NCBI GenBank assembly: GCA_019359235.1
Contig: JAHHHT010000012.1
Location: 67,648 to 131,647, forward strand
Origin: Oscillatoria princeps RMCB-10
GTDB taxonomy: Bacteria > Cyanobacteriota > Cyanobacteriia > Cyanobacteriales > Oscillatoriaceae
Reading direction: 5' to 3'
DNA length: 64,000 bases
Numbering within the stretch: position 1 is the stretch's first letter; every line of letters begins with the position of its first letter. Shown here piece by piece: positions 50,676 to 62,110 of this stretch. Under the pieces are notes generated by a model, which saw only the letters and a list, made by a program, of their open reading frames with translations, had not been told where the DNA came from and made no database searches. The translations under genes were made by a program, and so were the position numbers.

Positions 50676-50859
50676 ACTTAATACAGAGTTTAGATTTCCC
50701 CTTGCGGGGGCGTCTGTAATTGCCGCCGGTACTATCCTACCACCCCTCACCTGCAAGAAGTTAGACTTTTCGCAAAATTAACAAAAATTTACGGAAGTTT
50801 ATAGCCGGCAACGCGCAGCCTCAGCTCACCGGCATCGGGATCGCGGCTGAACCGCACTC

Positions 50860-51291
50860 CTATCCCTGGCGCTCTAAAATCAAATCCATTGCCCTTCCCA
50901 AAATCTCCTCCCGACTGACAAATTTCCCAAGCTCTTCAGCTTCATAGCGACCCTCAAAAGCTTCCAGCGAGGCTCGCTCCAGTGCTAAATCGTAGGCATC
51001 CTGTAACGTTTCTGCTAATTCCTCTTCAGTCAGATAAGTTCCTTTCGCTTTTTCCCGGCGATTGCTGCGCTGAATTTGCTTGACACTATTGCGGATATAA
51101 AGAGCCCACGACCTAGTGATGCGCTTTTCTGCCGCTTCTTTAATCAGATGCAACAGCAGAATAATCCCGAAACTGAAAATTTTGTTTAGTTTGTCAGTTT
51201 TACTCATCTCCTCTAACTCTTCCACCAGTTCCAGAGCCTCAGGAATTTTACCCTGGCGCAGCAATTCCTTGAGAGTCATTAATTCTTCCAT
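50860..51291 (-). CDS. Hypothetical protein.
   Basis: The 143-aa ORF is predicted to be helical and is charged. No motif was recognised. Confidence 0.4.
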   Translation of the reverse strand: MEELMTLKELLRQGKIPEALELVEELEEMSKTDKLNKIFSFGIILLLHLIKEAAEKRITRSWALYIRNSVKQIQRSNRREKAKGTYLTEEELAETLQDAYDLALERASLEAFEGRYEAEELGKFVSREEILGRAMDLILERQG

Positions 51292-51479
51292 CAGTTCAAT
51301 CCCTCCACTGCATTTACTCTAGCCTTTGCCTTGGGGGCGGGGCGAGCACGGGGGCATCGCCCCTACAAAACTATTTTCAAGTCAGAGCCTCTCACAGATG
51401 CATTCTCCTGTTCCGTCTGGGATAGATTTGTAGGGGCAGGCCCCCGTGCCTGCCCTTAGGGGGTGAAGTTCTTTCCCTT

Positions 51480-53909
51480 CTAACTTCTCAAACTAGCGCC
51501 GAACTGCTCAACCAGAGCCTCCCGAACCTTTTGGTGCACCGGCTCGACATCAGAATCAGTCAGCGTGCGATCGCTCACCCGGTAAACCAGCCGGAACGCC
51601 AAACTCCGCTGACCCGAAGGCACATGCTCGCCGCGATACTCATCAAACACCGCCACCGACTCCAGAAGCGAACCAGCAGCCTTAGCGATCGCCCGCTCAA
51701 TGTCCGCCACAGACACCCCAACCGGCGCGAAAAACGCAATATCCCGGTCAGAAGCGGGGTAACTCGAAAAGGGGCGGAACCGGCTTCCCACCGCCGCCTC
51801 ACCCACAGCAGCCAAAAGCACCGCCAAATCCATCTGGAACACATAAACCTCATCTGGCAAATCCCGCTCTTGGCGCAACTGGGGGTGCAGCTGGCCAAAA
51901 ATCCCCAGCCGGCGGCTCCCCACCCACAGAGACGCCGTGCGTCCGGGGTGCAAGCGCTCCTCAGAGCTCTCCTGTTTCCACTCCACCGGCACGCTGAAGC
52001 GCCCAAACACGCTTTCCAGCAAGCCCTTCGCCTCAAACCAGCTCAGCGGCTGCTCGCGACCGCCGCGCACCCAGCGCCCCACTTCCGGATCGCCCCCCAG
52101 AATGCCGGCGATCGCCGAAGCTTCCTTCAAAACATCCCCGTCCTTCCAGAAAATGCGGCCAATTTCAAACCCATTCAGCGGGCCATTTCCTTGCTGCAAA
52201 TTGTACTGGAAAGCGTCAATCAGCCCCGACAGCATCTCAGTCCGCAGCCCCGAATATTCCACAAACAGAGGATTCGCCAGCGCCACCTGATTTTCTTTCA
52301 CCGGCTTCACCAGCGAGTAGTGCATCAGTTCCGTCAAACCCGCAGCGCGGAAAGCCGATCGCAGATCGCGAGTCAGCTGCTCTCCCACCGGCAAATGGCC
52401 CAGCATCGCACTGCCCGGAAGCGTCTCGCAGAAATTATCATAGCCGTACAGGCGGGCAATCTCCTCAATCAAATCGATTTCCCGCTCCAAATCGCGGTAG
52501 CGATAAGCCGGCACAGTCACCGTCCACACCCGCTCCGGCGTCCGCTCCACACAGCAACCCAGCGCCGTCAGGATGCGCTCCATCTCCGCCGGTTGCAACT
52601 CCCCAGTTGCATCTCCCCGCTTCACCTTTCCCAAAACCCGATTAACTCGGTCAAGGCGCAACTCCACAGAGCGAGTGAAACTAACAGATTCCGCCCGGGA
52701 AATCGCCTGAGACACCGGCACCCCCTGAGCCAGCTCAGCAATCAACTTCAGAGCCCGCCGGCAAGCCACGGGCAATTCCGCCTGATTCACCCCCCGCTCG
52801 TAGCGAGTGGACGACTCAGAGCGCAAACCCTGACTGCGAGCCGACCGGCGGATCGCCGCCCCCTCAAAAATCGCCGCTTCCAGCACCAAAGAAAGCGTCC
52901 CCTCATGGACTTCCGTTTCCTCACCGCCCATGACACCCGCCAGAGCCACCGGCTGGTCATTTGCCACAATCAGCAGATTTTGTGCTTGCAGCGCCCGCAC
53001 CTGACCGTCCAGAGTTTTCAGAGATTCCCCAGCCTTAGCATATCGCACGCCTATTGTCAAGCTCTCGCTGCCGGCGACAGTTTGCAAGCGCTCGCGGTCA
53101 AAAGCGTGCAGAGGCTGCCCCCACTCCAGCAAAATATAATTAGTGACATCCACCACATTATTAATAGGGCGCACCCCAGCAGCTTCCAGCCGGCGCTGCA
53201 ACCACACTGGAGACGGGGCAATTTTCACCCCTTCAATCGCCGTACCGATATAAATCGGGCACGATTGCAGAGAGCTGTCAACCTTCAAATTTGAACCTTC
53301 AGACAGGGTTTCCCCCAGCTCGCCCGCTTCCGGGAGACACACAGTTGCGCCGGTCAGCGCCGCCACCTCCCGAGCCACCCCCACCATACTGAGAGCGTCA
53401 GCACGATTTGCCGTTGCTGTCAAGTCCAAAATCACATCATCCAGACCCAGCAGAGGGCGAACATCGCTGCCCAGTTGGGGGTTCTCCAGCTCAAAAATGT
53501 GAATGCCGGCGGACTCCTTCGCCAAACCGAGTTCAGCCAGAGAGCAAATCATCCCTTCCGAAGGCACACCGCGCAGTTTAGCCGGTTTAATTTTCAAATC
53601 CACATTAGGCAGATAAGTGCCAACAGTCGCCACCGCCACATAGATATCAGCCCGAGCGTTAGATGCGCCGCAGACAATATTCAGCGGCTCCCCCCCCGTC
53701 CCAATATCCACCCCGCACACCCGCAACTTGTCCGCATTCGGGTGTGGGGCGCAGCCGATCACCTTCCCAAGCACCACCCCATCAGCCCAAGAGCGCCGGT
53801 CTTCAATATCTTCCACCTCAAACCCAGCCATAGTTAGCGTTTCCGCCAACTGTTCCGGGCTCATCGTAACATCCACCAGTTCCCGCAGCCAATTCAGAGA
53901 GATACGCAT
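51480..53909 (-). CDS. pheT: Phenylalanine--tRNA ligase beta subunit.
   Basis: The 809-aa product begins [14 protein letters not shown]…, has a tRNA-binding (EMAP) domain and B3/4, B5 and FDX-ACB domains. It is collinear with PheT. Confidence 0.9.
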   Translation of the reverse strand: MRISLNWLRELVDVTMSPEQLAETLTMAGFEVEDIEDRRSWADGVVLGKVIGCAPHPNADKLRVCGVDIGTGGEPLNIVCGASNARADIYVAVATVGTYLPNVDLKIKPAKLRGVPSEGMICSLAELGLAKESAGIHIFELENPQLGSDVRPLLGLDDVILDLTATANRADALSMVGVAREVAALTGATVCLPEAGELGETLSEGSNLKVDSSLQSCPIYIGTAIEGVKIAPSPVWLQRRLEAAGVRPINNVVDVTNYILLEWGQPLHAFDRERLQTVAGSESLTIGVRYAKAGESLKTLDGQVRALQAQNLLIVANDQPVALAGVMGGEETEVHEGTLSLVLEAAIFEGAAIRRSARSQGLRSESSTRYERGVNQAELPVACRRALKLIAELAQGVPVSQAISRAESVSFTRSVELRLDRVNRVLGKVKRGDATGELQPAEMERILTALGCCVERTPERVWTVTVPAYRYRDLEREIDLIEEIARLYGYDNFCETLPGSAMLGHLPVGEQLTRDLRSAFRAAGLTELMHYSLVKPVKENQVALANPLFVEYSGLRTEMLSGLIDAFQYNLQQGNGPLNGFEIGRIFWKDGDVLKEASAIAGILGGDPEVGRWVRGGREQPLSWFEAKGLLESVFGRFSVPVEWKQESSEERLHPGRTASLWVGSRRLGIFGQLHPQLRQERDLPDEVYVFQMDLAVLLAAVGEAAVGSRFRPFSSYPASDRDIAFFAPVGVSVADIERAIAKAAGSLLESVAVFDEYRGEHVPSGQRSLAFRLVYRVSDRTLTDSDVEPVHQKVREALVEQFGASLRS

Positions 53910-54437
53910 TTACAGAGAAACCTTTACCTATATCAGCCTGAATCATTTTACCGAATCCGCCGCTAAAATCTATCTGCCAAAACGGCACCTCCCTAATTGA
54001 CACCCTTTTTTCACAGACTTATAATTTCAATCGCTCCCAAATATCTTGAACCAATATTTCTCCCTGCCGGCCAAACTTTGCTAAAAGCCCAGCTCAATTT
54101 CTCCCTCTGCGCTCTCTGCGCCCTCTGCGGTTCAAAAAATCAATAAACCTCACCCACAGCCGCGCACCAGATTTCTTGATGCAGCATTCATTTGCGCCCG
54201 CCTGCCAGCAACCGGGCGGCACCCGGGCACAGTCAAAGGCAGGGCCCGCCCCCCTGCAACCGGCACCCCCAGAAACCGGACAGCTGTCCCCCGCACAGCC
54301 TGTCTCCGCCGGCACCCCGGCATCAAACACCCCAACATTCACGATAAAGTGGATAGTGACCAACCAGAAAAAACCTGCTAGATTGTGGCATATATCTGCT
54401 GCCGGTTGTGCTGCTGCGAATCTAACCGAGACATCTC

Positions 54438-56651
54438 ATGGACACTTTACTGGGACAAACACTAGGTGGACGCTACAAAATCATCAGCTCCTTGGGAGGC
54501 GGGGCATTTGGCCAGACCTATATTGCAGAAGACCACCAACTGCCTGACCACCCTCGGTGCGTCGTCAAGCAGCTCAAGCCACAGGCGAAAGACGAACTGA
54601 CACTCAAGACAGCCAGACGTTTGTTTGACACCGAAGCAAAAGTCCTGCACCGGCTCGGCAGCCACGACCAGATCCCGCGCCTGCTAGCGCACTTTGAGGA
54701 AAAGCAGGAATTTTATCTAGTGCTCGATTGTATAGAAGGAGAGCCTCTCAGTCAAGAGATTCAACCGGGAAAGCAGCTCAGTGAAGCCTTTGTCATCCCC
54801 CTGCTGAAGGATGTTTTGTCGGCACTAGCGTTTGTCCACCGACAGAACGTCATCCATCGCGACCTCAAACCCTCCAACTTAATCAGACGCGCCGGTGACG
54901 GGAAATTAGTCTTAATTGACTTTGGCGCAGTCAAACAAGTCAGCAGCCAGGGGATAAGCGAGGGTGGAACCGTTGCCATTGGCACTCCCGGCTACATGCC
55001 CAGCGAACAGCTAGCCGGCAGTCCCCGCCATAACAGCGACATTTATGCCTTGGGGGCGATTGCCATCCAAGCCTTAACCGGCACTGTGCCATCGCGATTG
55101 CCGCAAGACCCGCTTTCCGGCGAACTCGTCTGGCGCGACAAAGCCCAGGTGAGCGAACCGCTGGCCCAGATTTTGGACAAAATGGTGCGCTCACACTTCA
55201 GGGACCGCTACCAGTCCGCAGAGGAAGTCCTCACCGATCTGGCCAACCTGCCCCAAGGGAACCCCAGCGAAAACCAAGGGGAAGCCACCCCCTCCCAAAT
55301 CAGACCGCCCAACCGCCCAATATCCACCGGCGGTGCGCCAGACACCCCCACTGGAACGGTAGCGCCCCCCCCTGTGCAGCGCCGGTTCAAGTCCTGGCAC
55401 GTCGGGGCGATAGTGGCGGTGTTGGGATTAGCCGCAGGCAGCCTAGCTTTTTTCCTGCGCCCAGACCAACTCAGCCAAGCCGCTCAATTTATCGACGCCC
55501 AGCAACCAGAAGCGGCGCTCACTATCGTTGACCAGGTGCTCAAAAACAAATCCGATAACCCACAAGCCAGGAAGATTCAAGGCGATGCCTACTTTCTTTT
55601 AGAGCGCTACGAGCAAGCGCTCCTCGCTTATGACAGAGCGCTGAAAATCCAGCCCGATGACCCCAAAATTTGGAATAACCGGGGCAAGACCCTGTATCAA
55701 TTGCAGCGCTACGAGGACGCCCTAAAATCCCATGACAAAGCCCTCGAACTCAATCCCAGTGACGTGCAAGCCTTGAACGGTCGGGGACGCGCCCTGATTG
55801 GCATGAAGCGCTTTCAAGAAGCGCTCGACGCCTTTGACAAAGCCCGCCAAATCCAGCCGAAAGACCCCAAATCGTGGGAAAACCAAGCTTTGGCCTTAGA
55901 GTATTTAAACCGCCCCCAAGACGCACGCCAAGCCTATCAAGAAGCCCTGGCGTCCTACAGCGACACCCTCAAAGCCAATCCCAAGGACATCCAAGCCCTG
56001 GTTGACCGGGGGAATGTGTTCAGTAAATTGCAGCGCTTCCCAGAGGCGCTCAATTCGTTTGAGGAGGCGCTCGCTACCGACCCTAACTACTATCCCGCTT
56101 GGGTGGGCAAAGGCAGTGCGCTGTTTTTCTTGCAGCGCCCTGATGACGCGCTCAAAGCCTACGACAAGGCCCAGGAAATCAGGCCTAAATTCCATATCGC
56201 TTGGCACAACCGAGCCTCTTTGCTTGCTGAATTGGGGCGCTTTGACGATGCCATTAAGGATTATGAAAAGGCGCTGGAATTTAACCCTGACTTCTATCAG
56301 GCTTGGCGAGACAGAGGATTTGCTCTCTTGCAATTGAAGCGCCAGCAAGAGGCCATCGTTTCTTTTGACAGATCCCTGAGAACCGAACCCAATGACCCTA
56401 AATCTTGGGTGGGTCGGGGCATCGCCCTCACCGTCAGCAAGCGCTACGACGAAGCCCTAGCTGCCCTTGACAAAGCCATAAAACTCGCTCCCAGCGATCC
56501 GGTTGCCCTGCTGAACCGAGGTTTTGCCCTAGAGGGATTGGGACGGAACGACGACGCGCTGCAAGTCTATAACCAAGTGATTGAAATTCAGCCCAACTTC
56601 TTGCCCGCTATCGAGCAGCGCAAGCAGTTGCAGCAAAAGTTAGAGCGCTAA
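54438..56651 (+). CDS. Ser/Thr protein kinase with a TM segment and a C-terminal TPR-repeat domain.
   Basis: The product has GGGAFGQTY, HRDLKPSNLI, DFGAV and GTPGYMPSEQ motifs, then a TM segment (VGAIVAVLGLAAGSLAFFL), then about ten TPR units. Confidence 0.9.
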   Translation: MDTLLGQTLGGRYKIISSLGGGAFGQTYIAEDHQLPDHPRCVVKQLKPQAKDELTLKTARRLFDTEAKVLHRLGSHDQIPRLLAHFEEKQEFYLVLDCIEGEPLSQEIQPGKQLSEAFVIPLLKDVLSALAFVHRQNVIHRDLKPSNLIRRAGDGKLVLIDFGAVKQVSSQGISEGGTVAIGTPGYMPSEQLAGSPRHNSDIYALGAIAIQALTGTVPSRLPQDPLSGELVWRDKAQVSEPLAQILDKMVRSHFRDRYQSAEEVLTDLANLPQGNPSENQGEATPSQIRPPNRPISTGGAPDTPTGTVAPPPVQRRFKSWHVGAIVAVLGLAAGSLAFFLRPDQLSQAAQFIDAQQPEAALTIVDQVLKNKSDNPQARKIQGDAYFLLERYEQALLAYDRALKIQPDDPKIWNNRGKTLYQLQRYEDALKSHDKALELNPSDVQALNGRGRALIGMKRFQEALDAFDKARQIQPKDPKSWENQALALEYLNRPQDARQAYQEALASYSDTLKANPKDIQALVDRGNVFSKLQRFPEALNSFEEALATDPNYYPAWVGKGSALFFLQRPDDALKAYDKAQEIRPKFHIAWHNRASLLAELGRFDDAIKDYEKALEFNPDFYQAWRDRGFALLQLKRQQEAIVSFDRSLRTEPNDPKSWVGRGIALTVSKRYDEALAALDKAIKLAPSDPVALLNRGFALEGLGRNDDALQVYNQVIEIQPNFLPAIEQRKQLQQKLER

Positions 56652-56848
56652 ATCTCCATACAATGTCCCAAAGCCGGCACGCCTTTCTTTTGCTGTTAGC
56701 AGTAGGGTGCGCTCCCTCTTGGAACAGGCCGGTAAAACTAAACGGAACATCCAGAAACCTGGTTTCTCGCCGCTACAGTAGGGTGCGTTCCCTCTTGCAG
56801 TCCCTACTAATACGGCATACTCTCAGGAACGCACCCTACAACTGCCGG

Positions 56849-57478
56849 TCACCACAGAGAGCTTTCTTGCTGCCCTATCAAGTCCGGGGGGAGAAGCACT
56901 TTGTCAATCAGAATAATCACGCCGTTGGTGGCTGGAATAGACGGCGGATTGAGGTGGGCCTGATTAAACTTGATTTGATTGCCCGGTTGGTCAACAACAA
57001 TTTTGACTGAATTGCCTTCGACAGTTTTTACTTCCCCTTTCTGGAAGTCACTCTCACTAACCTTGCCGGCAATCACATGGTAATTAAGAATCTTCAGCAG
57101 TTTTTCTTTATTCTGCGGCTTCAGCAACTCCTCAACCGCCCCCGGTGGCAAAGCCTCAAAAGCTCGATCCGTCGGAGCTAGAATTGTGAAAAACAAGCCT
57201 TCTTGTTTGTTTGCCAGCTTGTCAGTGAGTCCTGCCTCTTTCAGGGCTAAGCTGAGCGTTTTGAGTGAATTATTCGCAGCCACTTGCTCCACAACATTTG
57301 GCTCGTCAGCACTCGCATCGTCAGAAGATTCGAGAAAAGGCCGCGAACTCGGGTTGAAAATACTGTACGGATAGTAATACTGCCCCACGGCGGGCAGACC
57401 GATCAGCAAGCTGGCACCGGCAGCGGACAAAAGTCCAGCCAGCATTTTAAACCGGTTTGGGCGATTCTGTGTTTTCAT
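56849..57478 (-). CDS. Fasciclin (FAS1) domain protein, secreted.
   Basis: A signal peptide is followed by the FAS1 motifs LTILAPTDRAFEALP and LKILNYHVIAGKV. The start is taken as the ATG at 57478. Confidence 0.8.
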   Translation of the reverse strand: MKTQNRPNRFKMLAGLLSAAGASLLIGLPAVGQYYYPYSIFNPSSRPFLESSDDASADEPNVVEQVAANNSLKTLSLALKEAGLTDKLANKQEGLFFTILAPTDRAFEALPPGAVEELLKPQNKEKLLKILNYHVIAGKVSESDFQKGEVKTVEGNSVKIVVDQPGNQIKFNQAHLNPPSIPATNGVIILIDKVLLPPDLIGQQESSLW

Positions 57479-57953
57479 ATTAATATCCCCTTTGGAAACC
57501 CCCTGTTTGTACACCGGGGCGGAAAACGGGGCGGCGTGCGCCTTCCCTGAGTGAATCGTAAAATGCCTGGTTTTAAGTGCCGGCCAGCCTGGAACCGGGC
57601 CAAATCTGCTGCTAGTCCCTAAGCCACAGGGTACTTGCCAGCCCTTTGCAACCAAGAGATACCCTCTCATGGCCCCCTAAACCATTATAGCAAGTCCGCT
57701 CTATACTCTATTGAAGCTCGCTTTTGGCAAAAGTGCCCACTATGTTTCGGTTTGTTAACTTTTCCCCGATCCCTAGCGGTACTGGGCATCGGGCGATGGG
57801 GCAGGGGGCACGCCGCTCCTACGGAGCCGCTTCGCGTGCCGCATTGGGCACGCTGGCACGGAGAGCGCCAGCTTTCGGACTCAACTGTGCAATAAAGATG
57901 CCACTGGACTTGATATGACTGCACAATGGGACTGCCGGACAGAAGTAGGGTGC

Positions 57954-57992
57954 GTTCCGCGATTGCGGAACGCACCCTACTAAACTAATCAA
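57954..57992. terminator. SDR hairpin GTAGGGTGCGTTCC…GGAACGCACCCTAC immediately 3' of the FHA-ABC gene.
   Basis: It is a perfect inverted repeat with ~14-nt arms. The same family occurs at 62280-62317 (3' of the WD40 gene), 56701-56850 (3' of the TPR kinase) and 40475-40505. Confidence 0.6.
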
Positions 57993-58004
57993 ACGTATTT
58001 CATC

Positions 58005-61000
58005 CTAGAGAACGTCTTTGCGCTTCTGCACCGCCAGGAGGAGGCCAAACATGCCCGCCATCAGTAAGCCCAGGACACCCCAGTGCTGAGTCACATCTAC
58101 ATTGAAAGTGCGGCCATAATCTTTATTGAACCGCGAGAGAGTGCCTTCCGCTTCCCCGATAGCGCTTTCGTATTTCCCTTTCCAATCGCTGTAATTCTGC
58201 TGCCAGCTGTCAATGGATTTTTTGTATTCATCCACCTTCTGCTGGTAAGCATCAATATCTTGCTTGTACTTGCCCATTTCCTGCTGGTATTCCGGTGTGG
58301 GAATTTCCGGCGCTGTGGGCGGGTTTGGCGGATTTCCCGGATCTTGTGGCTTCTCAGGTTCTGGATCGTCTACGGCTTTGTTGTATTTGCCCCGAACCCC
58401 AGGAAACTGACAGCTTTTGAAAATCCTCGGCCCAATACAGGCGCATTTCTCCTGTTCCGAGTCGCTGAGTTTCTTGCGCTCCTCCTCCGGCAGCTGCCAG
58501 CACTGGTCTGTGGCCACATCTTTGCCCAAGCCGGTGAGCGTCACCAAGGACTCAAAAGGCCACTTGCTGAGGGTGAGCTGGTTGATCGCTTTCCCCGGCG
58601 GGCCAAAGTTTTCCACGGACAGCATGCCGCCGCCAAAGGTAATCTGCGGCACCAAGAAAACAATCGTCAGCAAAGGAGCCACATTCTGATTCGGCGAAAT
58701 CGCCGAAACCAGCAGCCCCATCACCATGCCGGCAATCGTCGCCAGGAACAGCGTCACATACATGCCGGTCAGCACTTCTGTCCCGCCGGGAATCTCCACC
58801 GCCAGAACCTTAAACAGCAAGAAAACAGCCGCCTGATACACCGCCAGCAGGACGCTAATCCACACCTTCGACAGTATATAAGGAAGGAGCTGCAAACCAA
58901 TGGTTCGCTCCCGGCGATAGATTTCCTGCTCCTTAACAATTTCCCGCATAGTTGCCAGACTGCCAACCATCACCGCAATCAGAGCAGCCGTGAACAGCAT
59001 CGTGATCGCCTGACGGGGATCTCCTTGCTGGGCATCGAACAAATTGCGCTTCCAAGTCACCAAATCCAGCAATCCCAAAACCGGCGCGATTGCCAGCATC
59101 AAAATCAGGCTCGACCGGTCGCGCATCAAAATCGCCAAATTGCGCTCAGACAGAATCAGGAACTGACCCCAAGCCGAGATGCGCTTCACCTTAGATCCCG
59201 GTCGCTGTTGCTGCGGGCGCGGGCTCTGTCCCCCTGTCGAAGGCGCTGGCAAAGATTGCTGCCGGCGCACCACATATTTCTGATATTGTGGCGAATTGAG
59301 ATAGTCCTGCTGCCACTCTTGGGGCTCGCGCTTACCGCGCTCAACCAGACGGTAAATTTCATCAAAATCTCCCACCCCAAAGTAGGCGGGGGCTTCTGCC
59401 GGCGGCCCGAAGTAGGCCACATACCCTCCCTTGGCCAAAAACACCACTAAATCGCACAGTTTGACATTTTTGGTGGCGTGAGTGATCAGCAGGATGGTGC
59501 GCCCTTGATCCGCTAGCTGGCGCAGCAACTCCATAATCTCTAGCTCTGTCCCCGGATCGAGGCCAGAAGTCGCTTCGTCGAGAAAGAAAAGGCTGGGTTT
59601 AGTGAGCAGTTCCACCCCCATCGACACCCGCTTCAGCTGACCGCCGCTGAGGTCTCTCACCGGCACCTTCTGGCGGTGAGTCAGTCCCAGCTCTTCCATC
59701 ACTTCCGCCACCCGCTTCTTGCGCTCCGCCCGCGTCGTGTCCGCCGGCATCCGCAACCGGGCGGCGTAGTCCAGAGCTTGCTCTACGGTCAGCTCTGTGT
59801 GAACAATGTCTTTCTGGGGCACATAGCCCAGTTCTGTGCGGTAAGCGTTAAAGTTCTTGTACAGGTCTGTGCCGTTCACCAGCACGCTGCCGCTGGTTGC
59901 CGGTCGGAAACCGTTGAGGGCGTCGAGCAGGGTGGACTTCCCGCCCCCACTGACGCCAGCAATCACCACAAACTCCCGCGCTTCTATTGAAAGCGAGATG
60001 TCATTGAGCAGGTTAACGCCCTTGGCGACTACCTTATTCAGGTGCAGGGCGTCGAGGCGCAGGTTGCCCTCTTCGTTTTTGCGGACGAGGGTTTCATCGA
60101 CGTTGAAGACCAAGCTGCAGGGCCCAATGCGGATGGTGTCCCCGGCCCGCAGCACGCGCTCTGCGGCAATCTGCTTGCCGTTTACAAAGGTGCCGTTTGT
60201 CGAGTTGAGATCGGCAATTGTCCACGAGCCGGCTTGCTTGACAATTTTGGCGTGGGACCGGGACACGGCAGGGTGGTCGATCGCCGTGTCGTTTTGGGGG
60301 TCGCGCCCCAAGCTGAGGCTGGTGCGCCCGCGCAAGTCCAGCTGCTCGACTGCAGTTGGCATTGCGGTTGCCGGTGCTAGCTCGTAGGTCAGGGTGACTT
60401 CCCCGCCAATTTGCAATACGTCCCCATCTGCCAAGACCTTGCGGTCGATGCGGTGGCCAACGCTTAGCAAGCCGTTGGTGCTGCCCATATCTACTATTTC
60501 ATAGCCGCCTGACCTCCGGTGCAGTTCGGCGTGCCGGCTCGAAATCACCGACGCATCAATGCGAATGTCACAATTGGGGGCGCGACCGATAACGATGGTG
60601 TCTTTTAACAGGGGGAAATTCTTCGTCCCTTGCGGCGTTTGCACTCTCAGAACCGATGCGCAGGAGGCGGCGGCTACAACCGTGTCTGGTAAAGTGGAGG
60701 AAACATATACTTCGGTCTTTTCTTCTTCTGCCGCCACCGGGCAGAATCGCAATTCAAATATGCCGATGGCGATTCTGTCACTGTCGGCTAAGGAGTGGGG
60801 TTTGTCAGGCTGCAGTTTAATGTCGTTGAGCAGCGTGCCCTTTGAGCTCCCTTTGTCGGCTATTGTATAGCCGTCTGCTTTCCGGACAATCTGAGCGTGG
60901 TGGCGCGAAATGGCGGGCTCGTTGAGGACAAGGTCGTTTTCCGGTGCCCGACCGATGTCGGTCACGTCGCGGTCAAGCCGGAACTCTCGCTCAAAATTGC

Positions 61001-61040
61001 CGCCTCGATAAATTTCCAATTTGGCGGTGGGTGCGGACAT
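58005..61040 (-). CDS. Fusion of three FHA domains, an ABC transporter ATPase and an ABC-2 permease, with a coiled-coil C-terminal tail.
   Basis: The product has three FHA domains of the form …IGRAPENDLVLNEPAISRHHAQI…, Walker A GVSGGGKST, ABC signature LSGGQLKR, Walker B LFFLDEATSGLD, six TM helices, and a Q/K/Y-rich coiled coil. The architecture resembles mycobacterial Rv1747. Confidence 0.85.
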   Translation of the reverse strand: MSAPTAKLEIYRGGNFEREFRLDRDVTDIGRAPENDLVLNEPAISRHHAQIVRKADGYTIADKGSSKGTLLNDIKLQPDKPHSLADSDRIAIGIFELRFCPVAAEEEKTEVYVSSTLPDTVVAAASCASVLRVQTPQGTKNFPLLKDTIVIGRAPNCDIRIDASVISSRHAELHRRSGGYEIVDMGSTNGLLSVGHRIDRKVLADGDVLQIGGEVTLTYELAPATAMPTAVEQLDLRGRTSLSLGRDPQNDTAIDHPAVSRSHAKIVKQAGSWTIADLNSTNGTFVNGKQIAAERVLRAGDTIRIGPCSLVFNVDETLVRKNEEGNLRLDALHLNKVVAKGVNLLNDISLSIEAREFVVIAGVSGGGKSTLLDALNGFRPATSGSVLVNGTDLYKNFNAYRTELGYVPQKDIVHTELTVEQALDYAARLRMPADTTRAERKKRVAEVMEELGLTHRQKVPVRDLSGGQLKRVSMGVELLTKPSLFFLDEATSGLDPGTELEIMELLRQLADQGRTILLITHATKNVKLCDLVVFLAKGGYVAYFGPPAEAPAYFGVGDFDEIYRLVERGKREPQEWQQDYLNSPQYQKYVVRRQQSLPAPSTGGQSPRPQQQRPGSKVKRISAWGQFLILSERNLAILMRDRSSLILMLAIAPVLGLLDLVTWKRNLFDAQQGDPRQAITMLFTAALIAVMVGSLATMREIVKEQEIYRRERTIGLQLLPYILSKVWISVLLAVYQAAVFLLFKVLAVEIPGGTEVLTGMYVTLFLATIAGMVMGLLVSAISPNQNVAPLLTIVFLVPQITFGGGMLSVENFGPPGKAINQLTLSKWPFESLVTLTGLGKDVATDQCWQLPEEERKKLSDSEQEKCACIGPRIFKSCQFPGVRGKYNKAVDDPEPEKPQDPGNPPNPPTAPEIPTPEYQQEMGKYKQDIDAYQQKVDEYKKSIDSWQQNYSDWKGKYESAIGEAEGTLSRFNKDYGRTFNVDVTQHWGVLGLLMAGMFGLLLAVQKRKDVL

Positions 61041-61516
61041 GGCTGGTCTGGCAGTAGTGTTACAATTTTATCCGAGCGGTCAGGATAGCTTTAAGTTATA
61101 TTTTCACCCCGGGCATTTTCGCAAATGTCAGAGTGAATGCCCCTAGAATATCACCCTACCCGGGAAATTGCAAGTCAGCCGCACCAGCAAACCGGAGTCT
61201 TCGCGCCTCTGTTCCCCACCGACCTTATTTATAAGATTTATTACGGTATGTTAATTTATGTCAATTCGGCCAAAAAGAACATAAAAGATTTTGAAGGGTG
61301 AATTTAAACTCGTGAATTCTGTGTTTTATTGACTTTTCATTCCTGACAGTTTATACTTGAGAATAGCACCCGGCATCCGCTTGAACTCGCAGCTGAGTTG
61401 TGCCGGCGAGGTCCAGAAAGTCGGAACCTTCAGCCCGGCGCTGGTGTCTGGGGGGATAAGCTTCCTTTGAAGGCGGAACAGCACGGGGATACGGGATTGG
61501 AATTTGGTACTGACTT

Positions 61517-62110
61517 ATGCAATGGCAAACTTTTGTGTGGCTGAGTCGCCGGTTAATGCCACCGGCAAGCAGTAGCATTATATTATATAGCCTGTGGGCG
61601 GTGTTTGGGGGGAGCGGCGCACTAGCCGCCGAAAAGATTGTGTTCAACGCTGGCATGGGGCAGCTATCCCTGTCTGCAGGCGAGCTAGAAACATACGCGC
61701 AAACCGGCGAAGTTTCGGCTGCAGTGAGAGATTTGCTCAAGGCGACGCGACAAGATCCTGAAATTGTGCGTCAGGCGCTGACGAAAGAAGTGCCGGTGAG
61801 TCTGCGGATTGTCGATCGGGCGCTGAATAACCCCATTGGGGAAGCTGTGCTCGATAAAATCGGTGAGGTGGTGCACACTCCCTCGGGAGGGGCGGACCGG
61901 CAAGCTTTGCGGGCTGCCTTTATCCTATCGGCGAGTGGAGATAATAAAATCAGCCTGCTGGAAGTTATTCAAAATTATCCCACATCGGAGGTGCAAGTGG
62001 AAGCAGACCGGCTCTCGGATGCTTTTAAGCACTTGAGCCGGTTTGGGGAAATCCTGCAAAAGTGGAGAGATAGGTTGCCAAAGATAGTCGGGAGCATCCC
62101 ATTTTTGTAA
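61517..62110 (+). CDS. DUF1400-like hypothetical protein with a signal peptide.
   Basis: The 197-aa product has an N-terminal hydrophobic segment and an …LSLSAGELETYAQTGEVSAAVRDLL… pattern common in cyanobacterial DUF1400 proteins. Confidence 0.5.
   Translation: MQWQTFVWLSRRLMPPASSSIILYSLWAVFGGSGALAAEKIVFNAGMGQLSLSAGELETYAQTGEVSAAVRDLLKATRQDPEIVRQALTKEVPVSLRIVDRALNNPIGEAVLDKIGEVVHTPSGGADRQALRAAFILSASGDNKISLLEVIQNYPTSEVQVEADRLSDAFKHLSRFGEILQKWRDRLPKIVGSIPFL

Noticed and set aside
51531-53294. A 587-aa ORF on the plus strand.
   Set aside because: It is antisense to pheT. It is Arg/Pro/His-rich with low complexity typical of the reverse strand of GC-rich coding DNA.
58083-59450. A 455-aa ORF on the plus strand.
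   Set aside because: It is antisense to the FHA-ABC transporter gene. It has a skewed Arg/His/Gln composition and no motifs.
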